A DNA stretch of 64,000 bases, from IMG/VR virus record IMGVR_UViG_3300031994_000004; one strand, written 5' to 3'. Positions within the stretch are counted from its first letter, which is position 1, and the number at the start of each line of letters is the position of its first letter. Below, one piece after another: positions 20,312 to 29,190 of the stretch. The notes below the pieces were generated by a model. It did no database searches. It was not told the origin of the DNA and saw nothing but the letters and a program-made list of their open reading frames with translations. Source of the stretch: a virus (lineage: Duplodnaviria > Caudoviricetes). The position numbers and the translations under genes are program-made.

Positions 20312-20941
20312 ATGCTTACCACTGACGGAATGTACGCTTTATATCGTGAATTGAAAGGTTTGTTGGAGAAACCTACTCCATCCAAAGTAAAGAAGTTTAC
20401 AACAAACTATTTCAGGTATTTCACAGAACACTACTATAATGCTACGGCTAATTGGAGTGCTGGAGCAAGTAATTTCGTGACATTAACAAATGCGATTAAC
20501 AGTGGGCATTTCTCATTGGATGCGTTCTGTGTAATCTTCATTGGGTATTACATAACGCAGAACAAATTGCTAACACAAAAATCATTGAATAGTATTGACA
20601 AGCTGAAGGAATTAAATAAATTTTATACACAATTTGAAATGGAAAAACAAATTGCGTATATAAATAAGAAAATTGAAAATTCGGTAGATACAGGAGATGT
20701 TTTTGCCGATTTCACACAAACAAAACTAGACGTATATAAAGTCGGAGAAGACCAAAAGAATACTTTATATGAAATGATTAAATCGGGTGAGGTTAATCTA
20801 ATTCATTTCGTAATTGCGTGGCACAACCACAAATTTGAAATAAATGAGAATTTGATTACTGACGAAGATTATCGTAGATTTATACAGTATATGAAGGTTG
20901 TAAGACACAATATGTACAAAGTAACAAAAACTACTGTTTAA
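20312..20941 (+). CDS. probable helicase loader gp59-like
   Basis: size about 210 aa and position directly before gp32; synteny only. Confidence 0.45.
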   Translation: MLTTDGMYALYRELKGLLEKPTPSKVKKFTTNYFRYFTEHYYNATANWSAGASNFVTLTNAINSGHFSLDAFCVIFIGYYITQNKLLTQKSLNSIDKLKELNKFYTQFEMEKQIAYINKKIENSVDTGDVFADFTQTKLDVYKVGEDQKNTLYEMIKSGEVNLIHFVIAWHNHKFEINENLITDEDYRRFIQYMKVVRHNMYKVTKTTV

Positions 20942-21064
20942 TTTATCATAATAGTTTTGTTGAAAACGAAGTTATGAAAAATTAAAATTTTTAAATGACA
21001 TCGTGATAGTTTTTTATATTTGTGATAGATTAAATGGTGAACAAATTATTAGGAGAAAATAAAT

Positions 21065-22018
21065 ATGCCAATTAAAAGAGATTTCCAAGGTTATTTTTCA
21101 CAGATTCAACACGCAGGTAATGCTGGTGGTGATACCGCAAAGAAATCATACAAAGTAGAAAATGCCTTCACACCTGTCCTCAAGGATGGTTCGTATGAAG
21201 TAGTTATGCGTTTTCTTCCTTCTCACCCAGACGAAATTAGTCCATTCATTGAAAACAGAAACCACATGTTTCAGTTGAAGAATGGTACTTGGTTTGGTTG
21301 CGATTGTTTGAGTAAGTTCGGTAAGCCATGTCCAATTTGTGATTACAACCGCGCTATGTGGAAGAAGTATTCAAAGGAAGAAGCCAAAACAAAGACACTT
21401 GGCAAGTTCAAGCCAAATTATGTTTCCAATGTTTTGATTGTTCGTAATGACAATGCTCCTGAAACAGAAGGAAAAGTATTCCGCTTTGAATACAAGTCTC
21501 TCGTTATGGGTTTGATTTCTAAGGCCATGACTGACCACGAAGACCCAGAAGAAGGCATTATCAAGGGTTATAACCCCTTTGATTGGAAGACTGGTGCAAA
21601 CTTCATTTTCAAGGGCACACAAGCAGGTAAATTTGTTAAAAACGATATGTCTGCTTTCGGTGCTCAAAAGCCTATCAACAAGTGGGATAGAGCAACCAAG
21701 AAGTATGTTCCATTGACAGACGAAGAAATTGATGCTATTGAAGCTCAACTTTACACTCTCGCCGATTGTGAACATAAAGAAAGTGATGTTCGTGATTACC
21801 AGGGCATTTTGGATTCTTATTTGAAGAAGAATGGCTCACCACTCGGTGCCGACGAAGGTTTGTCTTTCGGTAATGGTGTTGTTGCTACCACAACAAAGGC
21901 CGCTGCCGCAGCTACAACCACAGTCCCAGATGATGCGGAATTCACACCAGCCACAGACCCAGTAGTAGACGAAGTTACTGATAGTGACGATTTCTTCAGT
22001 AAATTGTCTAATATGTAA
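21065..22018 (+). CDS. gp32: single-stranded DNA-binding protein (T4 gp32)
   Basis: MRFLP, H...C...CPIC zinc site, PETEGKVF, NPFDWKTGANF, acidic tail DDFFSKL. Confidence 0.92.
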   Translation: MPIKRDFQGYFSQIQHAGNAGGDTAKKSYKVENAFTPVLKDGSYEVVMRFLPSHPDEISPFIENRNHMFQLKNGTWFGCDCLSKFGKPCPICDYNRAMWKKYSKEEAKTKTLGKFKPNYVSNVLIVRNDNAPETEGKVFRFEYKSLVMGLISKAMTDHEDPEEGIIKGYNPFDWKTGANFIFKGTQAGKFVKNDMSAFGAQKPINKWDRATKKYVPLTDEEIDAIEAQLYTLADCEHKESDVRDYQGILDSYLKKNGSPLGADEGLSFGNGVVATTTKAAAAATTTVPDDAEFTPATDPVVDEVTDSDDFFSKLSNM

Positions 22019-22062
22019 TCTGTGAAAATAAATAAACAAGTTTAGAAATAAACGATTTTATT

Positions 22063-22101
22063 AAATCCACCATTGACAACAGTGGTGGATTTTCTTATTT
22101 T
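22063..22101 (+). promoter_or_regulatory. terminator hairpin containing -35 TTGACA
   Basis: AATCCACCA-TTGACAACAG-TGGTGGATT plus T-tract. Confidence 0.65.
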
Positions 22102-22125
22102 TAAAGAAAAAAGGAACATATAACT

Positions 22126-23046
22126 ATGAATTATTGGCACAACACAAAATTAAAAATTTTGAACTTCACTCACTGCGATATGGATGGTGCTGGTGCAGGC
22201 ATTGTCATTAAGAACTACTTTCACGATGTTATAACTGAGTCAATTAACTACAGTGCTGAAAATACTATCCTTCAAAAAATGATTAAATACAAGGACCAAT
22301 TTGACGCAGTTATCTTTACAGATTTTTGTCCTTGTAATCTGACAGAAGTCAAAGCTTTTGGTAAACCAGTTCTCGTTTTAGACCACCACGAAAGCGCTGT
22401 AAAGTATAATAACCCAAAAGAATTTGTTTATGTTTGCCCAGGACATTGTGGTGCGAAACTCGCATTAACTTATTTTAATCACGATGATTGCTTGAAACAT
22501 TTGACTGAATTTATTGAGATTGTGAACGATTTTGACTTGTATATTTTAAAGGACCCACGCAGTAAATGCTTTAATTCTCTTTACTGGGATATGGGATTTA
22601 ACTGGTTTATGAACCGATTCTACAATGGTGACATTGAATTAAGCAAAGCAGAAAAGGCTTTCCTTGTTCGTAAACAGAAAGACTTCAAGAAACACTATGA
22701 CCAGTTGGAAATTTCGGAACTTAAGAATGGTGGTGTGTTCTGCTATTCCGAAAAGTATATTTCCGAAATTACTGATGCATTGAGGAACGAAGGTTACAAG
22801 TGGGTTGTGATTTATCGTCCTGGTTATCTTTCTGTTCGCAGTTCGGATGATAGCAACATTAACCTTGTTGAGGTCGCAAAGATTGTTGGTAAGGGCGGTG
22901 GACACGAACAAGCTATCGGTATTCCACAAGAAAAAGACCAGCTAGATGCTTTAATTGCAAAGGTTGATGACGCAGTAGACACTTATTTGAAACTCAAAAC
23001 AAATCCGCCATCTGACGAATTTATGAATAAACTAAAGGGAATGTAA
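22126..23046 (+). CDS. DHH/DHHA1 phosphoesterase (NrnB-like)
   Basis: THCDMDGAG, FTD, LDHH, GGGH. Confidence 0.85.
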   Translation: MNYWHNTKLKILNFTHCDMDGAGAGIVIKNYFHDVITESINYSAENTILQKMIKYKDQFDAVIFTDFCPCNLTEVKAFGKPVLVLDHHESAVKYNNPKEFVYVCPGHCGAKLALTYFNHDDCLKHLTEFIEIVNDFDLYILKDPRSKCFNSLYWDMGFNWFMNRFYNGDIELSKAEKAFLVRKQKDFKKHYDQLEISELKNGGVFCYSEKYISEITDALRNEGYKWVVIYRPGYLSVRSSDDSNINLVEVAKIVGKGGGHEQAIGIPQEKDQLDALIAKVDDAVDTYLKLKTNPPSDEFMNKLKGM

Positions 23047-23049
23047 TAA

Positions 23050-23244
23050 ATGCGGAAAACTTTTAATGAATTTTTGCTTTTCTCTGTATTTGCAGTAATA
23101 CTGTTCTGCGGTATTCACGCCGCTCAAGTAGACGAATACATTGAAAGTAAAAATCCATTTCATAAAGAAAAAGTTTTACGCAAAACCTTCCCTGAATGGT
23201 ATTTCTCAGATTGGCGATATAGTTGGAAATACGCACATAAATAG
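23050..23244 (+). CDS. small hypothetical exported protein
   Basis: N-terminal hydrophobic signal; codon 2 is CGG. Confidence 0.55.
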   Translation: MRKTFNEFLLFSVFAVILFCGIHAAQVDEYIESKNPFHKEKVLRKTFPEWYFSDWRYSWKYAHK

Positions 23245-24097
23245 TTCAATGCAAGTACAAAACATTAAAAGTCAATTTGATAATAAAATGGTGCCTTTGG
23301 AACTTACCGAAGGCGTTATGAATAACATAATTAAGTGTATTAAGGACCCTATAACCTGTCCGAATAAAGACAACATTCCACAATGGAAATTCTGTACTGT
23401 CAAAGGCAACATTCGTTGTAATGACAATATGGATAAAACAAACATTCTAATTCTTGACTATGACGATGCTGGTTATTCCTACCAGGAATTTGAAGATAGA
23501 TTTAGAGGTTACAAATACTACTTACACACAAGTTATTCCTATAATGGAACTAATAGTAAGTTCCGTGTATTGTTGTTCCTTGACAAAGAATATGAGATTG
23601 ACAAATTGTTCTGTAAGACATCACAAGCAATTTATAGCCCATATACTTTGTTAATAAATTATTTTAATCACGTAGATAAAGCCAGTTTCGTTAAATCACA
23701 ATTCTTTAAGGTTCCAGCCGTAAAAGATAAAGCTTCTCCATATTACTACAACATTCACGATGGAGAATTATTCAGTATGGATAACATAACTTCTTTTACA
23801 TTTGCTTATGAAAATTGTGAGCAGTTCCTTGAAAACGAAAAGAGAGATAGAGAATACAAAGCACAAGTATTCAAAACTCAATATACTGGTGATTTGACAA
23901 AGGCATTGGAATATGTGAAACGCAAAATGGAAGCCGCCCTTCCAGGAGAAAGACACAACGCAGTATTTGGACTTGGGGCATTTTTTCAGCACTGTGGTGG
24001 TGATTACGATACATTCTCCCGAATTAGACCAAGCTGGGCAGATAAGAAATTTGATTCTCAGATGAAAAGACTTGAAAAGGAATGGTTCAAACTATGA
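23229..24097 (+). CDS. AEP/Prim-Pol-like primase domain protein
   Basis: ILDYDD, YLHTSYS, KFRVLL; C-terminal PriCT-like GERHNAVF; probable start ATG 23229. Confidence 0.65.
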
Positions 24098-24480
24098 CAA
24101 AAGAAGAACTTGTTAATTTATTAGAACACTCTGGCAGAAACATTTATTTGAGTGAAGCGTTTTCAACAGATGATAATGATGACTTCATTATACAGAAATA
24201 CGCAAGTTATAAACCAACCACTCAGACCATTTTTGAATTTGAAAATGGTACTACAATAAAGTATTATGACTATTTCCTTTACAAAATGGATTCTCCAAAT
24301 TTTTATGGTGACTTATATATTGCTTTACCAAATAAACCAGGTATAACATTTGACTATTCGTACTGTAATGAACAAAGTATGCTTAATCTTTTGGATAAAC
24401 GAATTATGCAGTATGAAGAAGTTTTAAAACAGGTCAAGCAGAAAAATAAAGAATGGAAAGTTGGGAAGGACTTTGAATGA
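24094..24480 (+). CDS. xDF-tail family protein
   Basis: probable start MTKEEL; ends VGKDFE. Confidence 0.65.
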   Translation: MTKEELVNLLEHSGRNIYLSEAFSTDDNDDFIIQKYASYKPTTQTIFEFENGTTIKYYDYFLYKMDSPNFYGDLYIALPNKPGITFDYSYCNEQSMLNLLDKRIMQYEEVLKQVKQKNKEWKVGKDFE

Positions 24481-24827
24481 CAATAAATGAAATGATTGAA
24501 ATGAAGGAGTTCGCTAGAGGACTCGGCTATACAATTAGAGAGAATGATTGGATAGACCACAGAAAATTTACTGTTCGTTACCCAAGTTCAACTCTATATT
24601 CTACTGTGCTTGATTTTACTTACGAAGGTTGTGATTATGTTAATTTGGATGAATCTTCAGTTGAAAGACTTATTACGGGAGATTTACACGGAAATCCAAG
24701 ACAAACATTTTATGTTGGTGAATTGAATAAAGACGCTGTACAGAATTTTCTAGTTCAAAGATGGAAAGATTATAAGGACTATATTGAAGCTATAAAACTA
24801 AATAAAATAGAGAGTGATTTTAATTAA
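24477..24827 (+). CDS. xDF-tail family protein
   Basis: ends KLNKIESDFN. Confidence 0.7.
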   Translation: MTINEMIEMKEFARGLGYTIRENDWIDHRKFTVRYPSSTLYSTVLDFTYEGCDYVNLDESSVERLITGDLHGNPRQTFYVGELNKDAVQNFLVQRWKDYKDYIEAIKLNKIESDFN

Positions 24828-24844
24828 ACAAAAGGAGAACCAAT

Positions 24845-26626
24845 ATGAATCTATTTAAAAAGTTCATAGTTATAGCATTGTCTGCGTTTACTCTTAATGC
24901 TTCAGCAGTAGGCTTGGCAGAAAATGCAACCAAGTTCGTGGGTAACATTACCACACGAGGACAAATTCGTTCTGATTTCGGTACTTATTGGAACCAGATT
25001 ACGGCAGAAAACGAATGCAAGTGGGCGTCCATTGAAGGAACCCGTGGAAGATATAATTTCAGTGGTTGTAAAGCCGCTTATAACTGGGCTAAGCAGAATG
25101 GTGGGTATTTCAAATTCCACGCTTTGCTTTGGGGTTCTCAGTATCCATCTTGGCTTGAAGGGTTGAGTGTAGAAGATACAAAGACTGCTATTATGAATTG
25201 GTTTGATGCGGTCAAGAAAGAAATCCCAGACCCAGATATGATTGACGTTGTTAATGAAGCTATTAGAACTGGTAATAACCAGTATCACTCAAACTATCCA
25301 AAGACAAAGATTATTCAAGCTATGGGTGGTGATAACAACGGCGATTACACATTCATTGTAAATGCTTTCAAAGAAGCAAGAAAAAGATGGCCGAATGCTG
25401 TTTTGATTTATAATGACTACAATACTGTTCAATGGCAAAAGAACGAAGGTATTCAGTTAATTCAGACCATTAAGAAAGCTGGTGCACCAGTAGATGGTTA
25501 TGGACTACAAGCACACGATATGCAAACTGGTGGTGGTGGAAACAATGGTACTGGTGCTAATGGTTCCTGTTTGCCACTATCAACATTGAAGTCTGTAATT
25601 GAAGAAATTTGGAACAAGACACAAATTCCAATGTTCATTTCGGAATATGACATCGCAAGTAACGATGACAATGACCAGAAGAATTGTTACGAACAACAAA
25701 TTTCTTACTTTATGGAAAATGAACATATTGCTGGTATCACCATTTGGGGTTATCTATATGGTGCTACTTGGACATCAGGTGGTAATTCCGGTATTATTAG
25801 GGAAAACAATGGTCAGGTTACAGACCGCCCAGCAATGACTTGGTTGAAATCTTATTTGCCTTCTCACCCAGGTAATAACTCTACTGGATTGTTGGGTAGC
25901 ACACCAGTTGAACCAGAACCACAAAAACCATTTAATGGAAAAGCATTTGATTTGTCTGAACCTATTGAAGCAGAAAACTTTGATATTCCTGGTAAGGGCA
26001 AGAATGAAGATGGTACAAGTAATGCTTCTTATTCAGCCAGTGGAAGTTGTGATGGAACTTGGAACACCACATATCGTGAAGGCACAACTGTTAGTATCGG
26101 TGAAAAGAATGGTGGTTTAGTTCTAGGTTGTAACCCAACTGGAAACTATTTTGAATACACAATTAAGGTTCCTGAAACAGGTAAAATGCTTGTAAATGCA
26201 ACTGTAGCAGCAGATGGTGAAGGTGCACTTGTCTTTAAGATTGGTGACAAAGTAGTATCTGATACATTGAAATACAACGGGACATCTTGGGATGTGTTTA
26301 AAGAAATCAGTGGTAGTATTACATTTAATGCTCCTGGCGAACAAATCTTGACATTGGAAGTCGCTCAGGGTTATATTGACATTGACAACTTTGAATTTAT
26401 GGTTACAGACTGTGCTCCAGGTGATGAAAGTTGTGGTGGTCCTGTTTCAATTCCAACTAGAACCTCTAGTCCAAAACTACAGCACTTCACAGTATTTGAC
26501 GTGAAGGGGTCAGTAATCACCAGAGTAGATAACTACACCATAGATGGTGCCACTGCGTCCCTAACACTAAGTCCTGGCGTTTATCTGATTAAGTCGGACA
26601 CAGAAATCAAGAAGTTCGTAAAATAA
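24845..26626 (+). CDS. secreted GH10 endo-1,4-beta-xylanase with CBM6-like module
   Basis: signal peptide; NQITAENECKW, HALLW.SQ.P, DVVNE (acid/base), YNDYN, GLQAH, ISEYD (nucleophile); IEAENF...IDIDNF CBM; short basic C-terminal domain. Confidence 0.9.
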   Translation: MNLFKKFIVIALSAFTLNASAVGLAENATKFVGNITTRGQIRSDFGTYWNQITAENECKWASIEGTRGRYNFSGCKAAYNWAKQNGGYFKFHALLWGSQYPSWLEGLSVEDTKTAIMNWFDAVKKEIPDPDMIDVVNEAIRTGNNQYHSNYPKTKIIQAMGGDNNGDYTFIVNAFKEARKRWPNAVLIYNDYNTVQWQKNEGIQLIQTIKKAGAPVDGYGLQAHDMQTGGGGNNGTGANGSCLPLSTLKSVIEEIWNKTQIPMFISEYDIASNDDNDQKNCYEQQISYFMENEHIAGITIWGYLYGATWTSGGNSGIIRENNGQVTDRPAMTWLKSYLPSHPGNNSTGLLGSTPVEPEPQKPFNGKAFDLSEPIEAENFDIPGKGKNEDGTSNASYSASGSCDGTWNTTYREGTTVSIGEKNGGLVLGCNPTGNYFEYTIKVPETGKMLVNATVAADGEGALVFKIGDKVVSDTLKYNGTSWDVFKEISGSITFNAPGEQILTLEVAQGYIDIDNFEFMVTDCAPGDESCGGPVSIPTRTSSPKLQHFTVFDVKGSVITRVDNYTIDGATASLTLSPGVYLIKSDTEIKKFVK

Positions 26627-26702
26627 AGAAAAATTTACATTTCTATTAGAAAATTTCTATATTGGTGGATTGAGAAATCCACCTTTTTTAAAGGACTAAA
26701 AA

Positions 26703-27302
26703 ATGTTAGACTTGACTAATGAAAATGTTTATTTCGTGAGTGATACTCACTTTAACCATACAAAACTTTGTAAAGGCTATGATAACTGTTTTGACAGAAC
26801 ACGAAAATATGTAACTGTTGAAGAAATGAACGAAGACATTGTTGAACAGTGGAACAAATACATTACGAAAAATGACGTAGTAATTTTCCTAGGTGACTTT
26901 GTTTGGGGAGAACCTTGGTATAAAATGCCTGGCTGGGGAAAGGAATTTTATCCTAAATTGAACAACAAAGGTTTCATTTGGGTTAAGGGAAACCACGATG
27001 GAGTTCTCAGTAGAACATTCAAAGGAATGATGCCATTTGTGGAATTTAAGTACAAAGATAAAATTTATTTGTGCCAGCATTACGATTTTAACGAAAGGCC
27101 TGAACTATTAGAAAGTCATAAGGCCGACTGCTATGTTCACGGACATACACATACTGATAATAAAACATCCAAATTCAAGAACGGTGCCATACAAAATAAT
27201 GTTTGCTGGGAAGCGTGGTATCGTCCTGTCCACATTGACGAACTTGTCATAAATACTATAAACATTAACAATGATGGAGTTTGGAATGAATTTTTTATTT
27301 GA
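26703..27302 (+). CDS. calcineurin-like metallophosphoesterase
   Basis: SDTHF, LGD, KGNHD, HGHTH. Confidence 0.85.
   Translation: MLDLTNENVYFVSDTHFNHTKLCKGYDNCFDRTRKYVTVEEMNEDIVEQWNKYITKNDVVIFLGDFVWGEPWYKMPGWGKEFYPKLNNKGFIWVKGNHDGVLSRTFKGMMPFVEFKYKDKIYLCQHYDFNERPELLESHKADCYVHGHTHTDNKTSKFKNGAIQNNVCWEAWYRPVHIDELVINTININNDGVWNEFFI
27248..27255 (+). promoter_or_regulatory. probable late promoter CATAAATA
   Basis: one mismatch to TATAAATA; about 30 nt before ATG 27286. Confidence 0.5.
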
Positions 27303-29181
27303 AGGTGGAAATGCGAAAGCCAAAAATGGTGCTGAAGCATCAAAAGTAAACATTAAGGCTTTTACCGATAAACAATACGAATCATACAAATTAGATATAA
27401 TTAACCTGGTTCTTGCTATCAACAAGAAGTTTGCGGAAACTTATGACGAACCTTTGTTTCCTTCAAACGATTTAATCACCAGTGCTAAAATCTTCTCAGG
27501 TTCTGCTAATACATTCTTCAAGAAATCAAAAGAAGAATATACAGCTATTAAATCTTCTTTGGGTGACATTGACGTTCAAGTAAATAAAGACAAGAAAGAT
27601 AAAGTTAAAGAGTTCCTCGTTAATAATGAAGGAACTAATTTTGCTGGCTTTACTTTGTTAGGAACTCAGTTCGGTATGGATTTCTTTAACATTTTCCAAG
27701 CTCCAAAGAAATACAATTCTGCCGCTACAAACATTCAAATTGACTTTGAATTTGTCTTGTATAATGACAAGGGCGACATTGACGAATTGGATGTTTACAT
27801 TAGAAATTCAGACTGGGACGATTTGAAAGAAGGCATTAAAGGTTTCGCCAAACAGCGTCTTATTCCTTCTATCTACAAAGCCATCTATGGTGTTCCAGGT
27901 GTTGTGTTCCAAAATAAGAAAGACTTGCCTTCTAAGGGTTATAAGAAAGACGAAGTTTCTTACAAAACATTCGGTCCTATGGGTTCAAGAGTAAAATATA
28001 ACCAGGTAAAGGACGAAAATGGTAACCCTGTAAATTACGAAGGTAAACCAGCATTTAGAGAAATTCCAACTTCTCAGTCTACATTTAACAGAAACTTAGA
28101 CAACGCATTTGAAGAAATGTTTGGAAAGAAACCTACTGCTGCTGAAAAACAGAAGATGTATTCATTCATTGGTGTTCTTTCTCTGATGAAAAAATACTTG
28201 AATGAAAACCAGATTAAGAGAACATATAAGTTCTTCTACGAAGATATTACAGAAATTACTGACGATGAAACAGTTCTAAATGCTATCTTTAATAAGTTTA
28301 AAGAAGTATTCCCATTCATAAATGAATCATTGTCCTTTGAAAAATATGCTCAAAAAATGATGTTGGGAGAAGCATTTAGTAAAGGAATTGCACCTAAATT
28401 TAGTTTGGGAACAATAAATGTTTTCAAAAATCAAGAATGGAAGATTGGTAATCTACTTGGAGAAGCAAATGAAGTTGCTGGCTCCGAAGAAAATATGATG
28501 TATATTGCCAAGACCATTGTAGATAACATTAAAACTGGTAACGATGGTAAGCCAGCTAAAGTTTGGATGTGTGGTGGTGCTGTAAGAGACGAAATCCTTG
28601 GCAAACAAAGTAATGACATAGATTTAATGACTAACTGTGATGTCAAAGAAGTCGCACCATTATTTGACAGATGCGAAATTGCTAGAACAGGAAATGCTAG
28701 ATTAGCAAGAGTTTATATTGACAATGACTTGTTTGAATTGGGTTGCCTAGAAGTTGGTGATACCATTGAACATAACCTTGATAGTAGAGATTTGACCTGT
28801 AATGCTGTCTTGAAGGATTTGTCTACTGGAGAATACTTTGACCCTATCGGTGGTATGAAGGATATCCGAGCAAAACGAATTCGTTTTACAACGGCTGCTA
28901 GAGAAAAAATTTCAGCAGGTAAAGACCCAGCAGAATTGTTGAGAGCCTTCCGCTTTATGGCTCAGCTTGGTTGGAATTTTGCTCCGGACACAGCTAAAGC
29001 AATTCAGTCATACTCTAACATCACCGGTGGTAAGATTAAGATTCAGCTCAAAGCAGCATTGGGACCTGCTAACTGGAAGAAACTTATCAAGGGCAAATAT
29101 AGAGATAAAGCACTAGCCGCTTTGGAACAATATGGCTTTATGGATTGGGCTAAATCAACATTCCCAGAAGATTTTCAATAA
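27286..29181 (+). CDS. two-domain protein: N-terminal Pol-beta-like nucleotidyltransferase plus C-terminal CCA-adding/poly(A) polymerase-like domain
   Basis: N-terminal EGGNA, SGS...GDIDVQ, QIDF; C-terminal GGAVRD..DIDL, RDLTCNA, DPIGG, LLRAFRF; INES/LGEA linkers. Confidence 0.75.
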   Translation: MNFLFEGGNAKAKNGAEASKVNIKAFTDKQYESYKLDIINLVLAINKKFAETYDEPLFPSNDLITSAKIFSGSANTFFKKSKEEYTAIKSSLGDIDVQVNKDKKDKVKEFLVNNEGTNFAGFTLLGTQFGMDFFNIFQAPKKYNSAATNIQIDFEFVLYNDKGDIDELDVYIRNSDWDDLKEGIKGFAKQRLIPSIYKAIYGVPGVVFQNKKDLPSKGYKKDEVSYKTFGPMGSRVKYNQVKDENGNPVNYEGKPAFREIPTSQSTFNRNLDNAFEEMFGKKPTAAEKQKMYSFIGVLSLMKKYLNENQIKRTYKFFYEDITEITDDETVLNAIFNKFKEVFPFINESLSFEKYAQKMMLGEAFSKGIAPKFSLGTINVFKNQEWKIGNLLGEANEVAGSEENMMYIAKTIVDNIKTGNDGKPAKVWMCGGAVRDEILGKQSNDIDLMTNCDVKEVAPLFDRCEIARTGNARLARVYIDNDLFELGCLEVGDTIEHNLDSRDLTCNAVLKDLSTGEYFDPIGGMKDIRAKRIRFTTAAREKISAGKDPAELLRAFRFMAQLGWNFAPDTAKAIQSYSNITGGKIKIQLKAALGPANWKKLIKGKYRDKALAALEQYGFMDWAKSTFPEDFQ

Positions 29182-29190
29182 GGATTTAAA

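Noticed and set aside
23050-23100. ATG-CGG-A as an eighth shift site
   Set aside because: The +1 frame stops after about 14 codons, whereas frame 0 encodes a plausible signal-peptide protein.
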